NCBI RefSeq assembly: GCF_001194135.2
Contig: NC_068990.1
Coordinates: 6,602,117-6,640,676 of the forward strand
DNA length: 38,560 bases
Reading direction: 5' to 3'
Source: Octopus bimaculoides
Lineage: Eukaryota
In this document: positions 35,780-38,560 of the stretch, piece by piece
How the letters are laid out: each line of letters begins with the position of its first letter
Position numbering within the stretch: the stretch's first letter is position 1
The notes under the pieces: generated by a model
What the model saw: only the letters and a program-made list of their open reading frames with translations
Told to the model about the DNA's origin: nothing
Database searches by the model: none
Position numbers and translations under genes: made by a program

Positions 35780-35926
35780 ATGGCTGTTCATATTGGATGT
35801 TTAAATGTACGCGGCCTGTCGTCGAGTTGGAAGCAGAGGCGCTTCCTAAATGACATCAGGTCGCAAAATTTGGATGCAAGATGGAAATATGTCGCTCGAA
35901 AGTTGCGAGTGAAAGAGTCTAATTGA
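35780..35926 (+). pseudogene. Collapsed ORF2: APE N-terminus fused in frame to ORF2 C-terminus (48 aa)
   Basis: MAVHIGCLNVRGLSSSWKQRRFLNDIRSQNLD|ARWKYVARKLRVKESN*. The tail matches unit A RWKHVARELRVKENN*. Confidence 0.85.
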
Positions 35927-36181
35927 ATACGCCACAGGTGTCTTCAAAAGTGTCAGTGGTGGGATGGGGCTCGTGGGGACGGAGCGTAACCCAGTCCCCC
36001 ACTTCATCTGTCTATATTGTTTTGTACTTTGTATATTGTAACATTCAATTTTCGATTTCATTATATCTTTAATCACCGAATTTTTAATTACTTCGCTTTT
36101 TATGTAACCCCATAGTTTTATCTGACCCCAATCAGATTGTATTGTCCCTTCTGTGTTTGGCCCCTCGTGGGTAATAAAGAG

Positions 36182-36913
36182 ATTGCAGGTCTTGACTGCT
36201 ACCTTCGTTGATGTTTGTTGCATTGCTAGTGGAACATTTTTGAATTTTTCTGTGTCATTGTGTTAACTTATCTGTGAACTTTTGAAAAAAAGATAATTTG
36301 TTGCAGTTGGTGAAACCTGAAACGGTTTCCCAGTGTAGGGAAGCCTACACGTTGACGGGGAGAAGTAATATATATGTTCCTGAAGGGGAAGAGGTGAGTG
36401 ACGATGAACAGCGACCAGCAATGGCAGAAGTATGTGAGGAGGAGCAACTGAAGGATCAGCCAGCAACGGAAAAGAAGAATATGGAAGCGGAAAGCTTAAA
36501 AAAGGTTCAGCAAAATGAAAAGGAAAGACCGAAAAAGAAGCTGGATTTTGCAGCGGTCGCAGGAGAGAAAAAAAGAAAAATAGACCTCAACAATGCTGAA
36601 AAGCATAAAGAGATGATGAAAAGGGAGAGGCACGGCTACAACACTTTGCCAAGCGTCGTAACGGTGGAGGAACTGAAACCATACTTAATCATAAAAGAAT
36701 CATAAAAAGAAAAAAAAATGAATAAGAACTGTATAAGAAAACTGTTAAATGAAACTGCGAGCTTTAGGAGACGCGTAAGCCATTCCATCATCATATTGTA
36801 ATTTACTCATTTCATCTCATAATTCGCTTTATGTACCCCACGTTTTGTGTTGTCTGTCCTTGTAATGTCCCTCTTTTTTGTTATGAGGCCTTCGTGCCTA
36901 TAATAAAGATATC
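36182..36913 (+). mobile_element. Tx1/L1-type unit C: 5' UTR, ORF1 N-terminus (start codon TTG), joined to a diverged 3' end
   Basis: EAESLK..KKLDFAAVAGEKKR..EKHKEMMKRE.HG is shared with unit B, with homology ending ~36725. The 3' end tgtaatgtccct..cttcgtgcctataataaagatatc resembles the A/B ends. Confidence 0.8.
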
Positions 36914-37390
36914 ACTAGTTTGCACTCTATTGTGTTTAGAATACAGTGGTGTTCCCACGAAATGGCCATAGGCATTGTACGTGGTTTTCGTGAAATTGAT
37001 TTTGCCGATTGATACCTACTGGGTGCTGTATTTGTCTTTTGACCCGTATAGTTTTGTGAACTTTTGGACATGGTGAGCAGAATTAAATTCTACAAGCTTT
37101 ACCTGCTGGGTACCTGTATTCACTCTTGTATATACCTAACAGATACGGACTTACCTATTGATGTCTACTGTTTTTAAATTATAAAATATACCCAAGGGAA
37201 GTATAGAAATTTATATTTTAACTCTAAATAGTGTTTAATCATTTTAAAGTTTTGTCATTGATTTTTAAGCGATGGGCTACTTTATTGTACCTCACTTCTT
37301 TATTTTATTTTATTTTATATCGATCTATATTATATATTTGAAATTTTTAATCGTATTAATTTTAACTTCAACTTGATTCGGAACTTCTAT
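36914..37390 (+). mobile_element. Possible 5' UTR of a fourth Tx1-like unit (D)
   Basis: Starts right after the AATAAA of unit C and shares tgtgaacttttg (37055-37066) with the unit C 5' UTR (36273-36284). Otherwise unassigned. Confidence 0.35.
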
Positions 37391-37393
37391 GAC

Positions 37394-37984
37394 GTACCAT
37401 TCGTTTTCGCCAGGACGGACGTACGTTCACGCGAAACGAACGGACGCACGTACCGTTCGTTTTCGCCGGGACGGACGTACGTTCAAGCGAAACGAATAGA
37501 CACACGTACCGTTCGTTTTCGCCGGGACAGACGTACGTTCGCGCGAAATGAACGATGCACGTACCGATCGATTTCGCCAGGACGGACGTACGTTCACGCG
37601 NNNNNNNNNNNNNNNNNNNNNNNNNNNNNNNNNNNNNNNNNNNNNNNNNNNNNNNNNNNNNNNNNNNNNNNNNNNNNNNNNNNNNNNNNNNNNNNNNNNN
37701 NNNNNNNNNNNNNNNNNNNNNNNNNNNNNNNNNNNNNNNNNNNNNNNNNNNNNNNNNNNNNNNNNNNNNNNNNNNNNNNNNNNNNNNNNNNNNNNNNNNN
37801 NNNNNNNNNNNNNNNNNNNNNNNNNNNNNNNNNNNNNNNNNNNNNNTCGCCGAGGGCGTGCGTGCGTGCACGCGGAACGAGCGCGCCGCCGTTCGCTTGG
37901 TCACCGAGGGCGTGCATGCGGAACGAGTGCGCCGCCGCTCACTTTGTCGCCGAGGGCGTACGTGCGTGCACTCGAAACGAACAA
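37394..37984. repeat. CpG-rich 54-56-bp tandem repeat with internal hairpin, spanning a gap
   Basis: Units at 37394, 37450, 37506 and 37561 (gtaccgttcgttttcgccgggacggacgtacgttcacgcgaaacgaacggacgcac). Diverged variants at 37847, 37901 and 37947. Confidence 0.9.
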
Positions 37985-37987
37985 GGG

Positions 37988-38560
37988 CAGTCGGATTTTT
38001 TTCGGAAGCTGGAGTACTTTTTATTGACGTCTAAAACCATAGTTTTGTTAGGGGACTTCAACACTATTCTCGATACGCGCGTCGATAGTGTAGACTCCAC
38101 TGATAGGAAAGGGAATCCTTGCCTCAAAGGTCTACTCGAGAGCTTTAATCTAGTAGACCGCTACCGACTGTATGAGCCGAGTGTTCCACAGTGGATGTGG
38201 AGTAATAACGACAGCTCACTCAGATCGTACATAGACAGAATTTTTGTTAAGGAAAGAGATAAGCATAGCTTTAGCTGTCCACATTTTTGTATTGTGCCTT
38301 ACTCGGATCATAAACTTGTGACGTGTGAGGTGCATATAGTTAAGTGCCATAGACAGGGACCCAGGTATTGGAAAATGAACAAGTCTATTTTGACTTGTGT
38401 AGCTTTCCGTATCCGGATTACGGAGTTAGTGCAGAGGGCATTATGTGGCACAATCATTAATAATAGATGGTGGCACGCCCTCAAGAGAGCCATCCGTCTT
38501 GAGTCTATTAGATTTAGCAATCAGCTAAGTTTAGATAGGACTAGAATAGAGAGGGACTTA
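37988..38560 (+). CDS. L1/Tx1-type ORF2 fragment: C-terminal half of the APE endonuclease and linker, open to the window edge
   Basis: 191 codons with no stop: IVLLGDFN (GDFN at 38051-38062), SYIDRIFV, YSDHKLV and GPRYWKMN. The ORF track missed it because no stop lies inside the window. Confidence 0.9.

Larger units (their letters stand above)
33408..36181 (+). mobile_element. Tx1/L1-type unit B: 5' UTR (SINE-interrupted), ORF1, internally deleted ORF2, 3' UTR
   Basis: 5' UTR is homologous to 36182-36300. ORF1 has a zinc knuckle; the ORF2 start LNVRGL is fused to the C-terminus. The 3' UTR is homologous to unit A, with AATAAA at 36173-36178. Confidence 0.85.

Noticed and set aside
37394-37600. 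CRISPR-like array
   Set aside because: The units are contiguous tandem repeats without unique spacers, in a eukaryotic context with no cas genes.

Overview
AT-rich, microsatellite-dense eukaryotic DNA with several assembly gaps. The SINE and repeat complement suggests an octopus or other cephalopod genome (inference). I found no convincing host protein-coding exon, rRNA, true tRNA gene or CRISPR array, and most listed ORFs are microsatellite or N-gap artefacts. The window is largely decayed transposons: Penelope-like elements, RTE and R4-clade LINEs, Gypsy, mariner, rosa/DD41D, Chapaev3, Helitron, a MITE and tRNA-derived SINEs. The most interesting part is 32.76-38.56 kb, a same-strand head-to-tail array of Tx1/L1-type retrotransposons. 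Two unit junctions share an identical 29-nt sequence. One unit keeps a long ORF1 while its ORF2 is collapsed in frame to 48 aa. The units carry conserved 5' GNRA hairpins and a 3' stem-loop, and a CpG-rich 56-bp hairpin satellite precedes an open endonuclease frame. Other highlights are a two-copy 'two-headed' fold-back mariner, a ~310-bp-arm inverted repeat, and a minus-strand bias of TE fragments over 14.5-30.7 kb. Family assignments come from motif recognition by eye; no database search was run, so boundaries of decayed elements are approximate.
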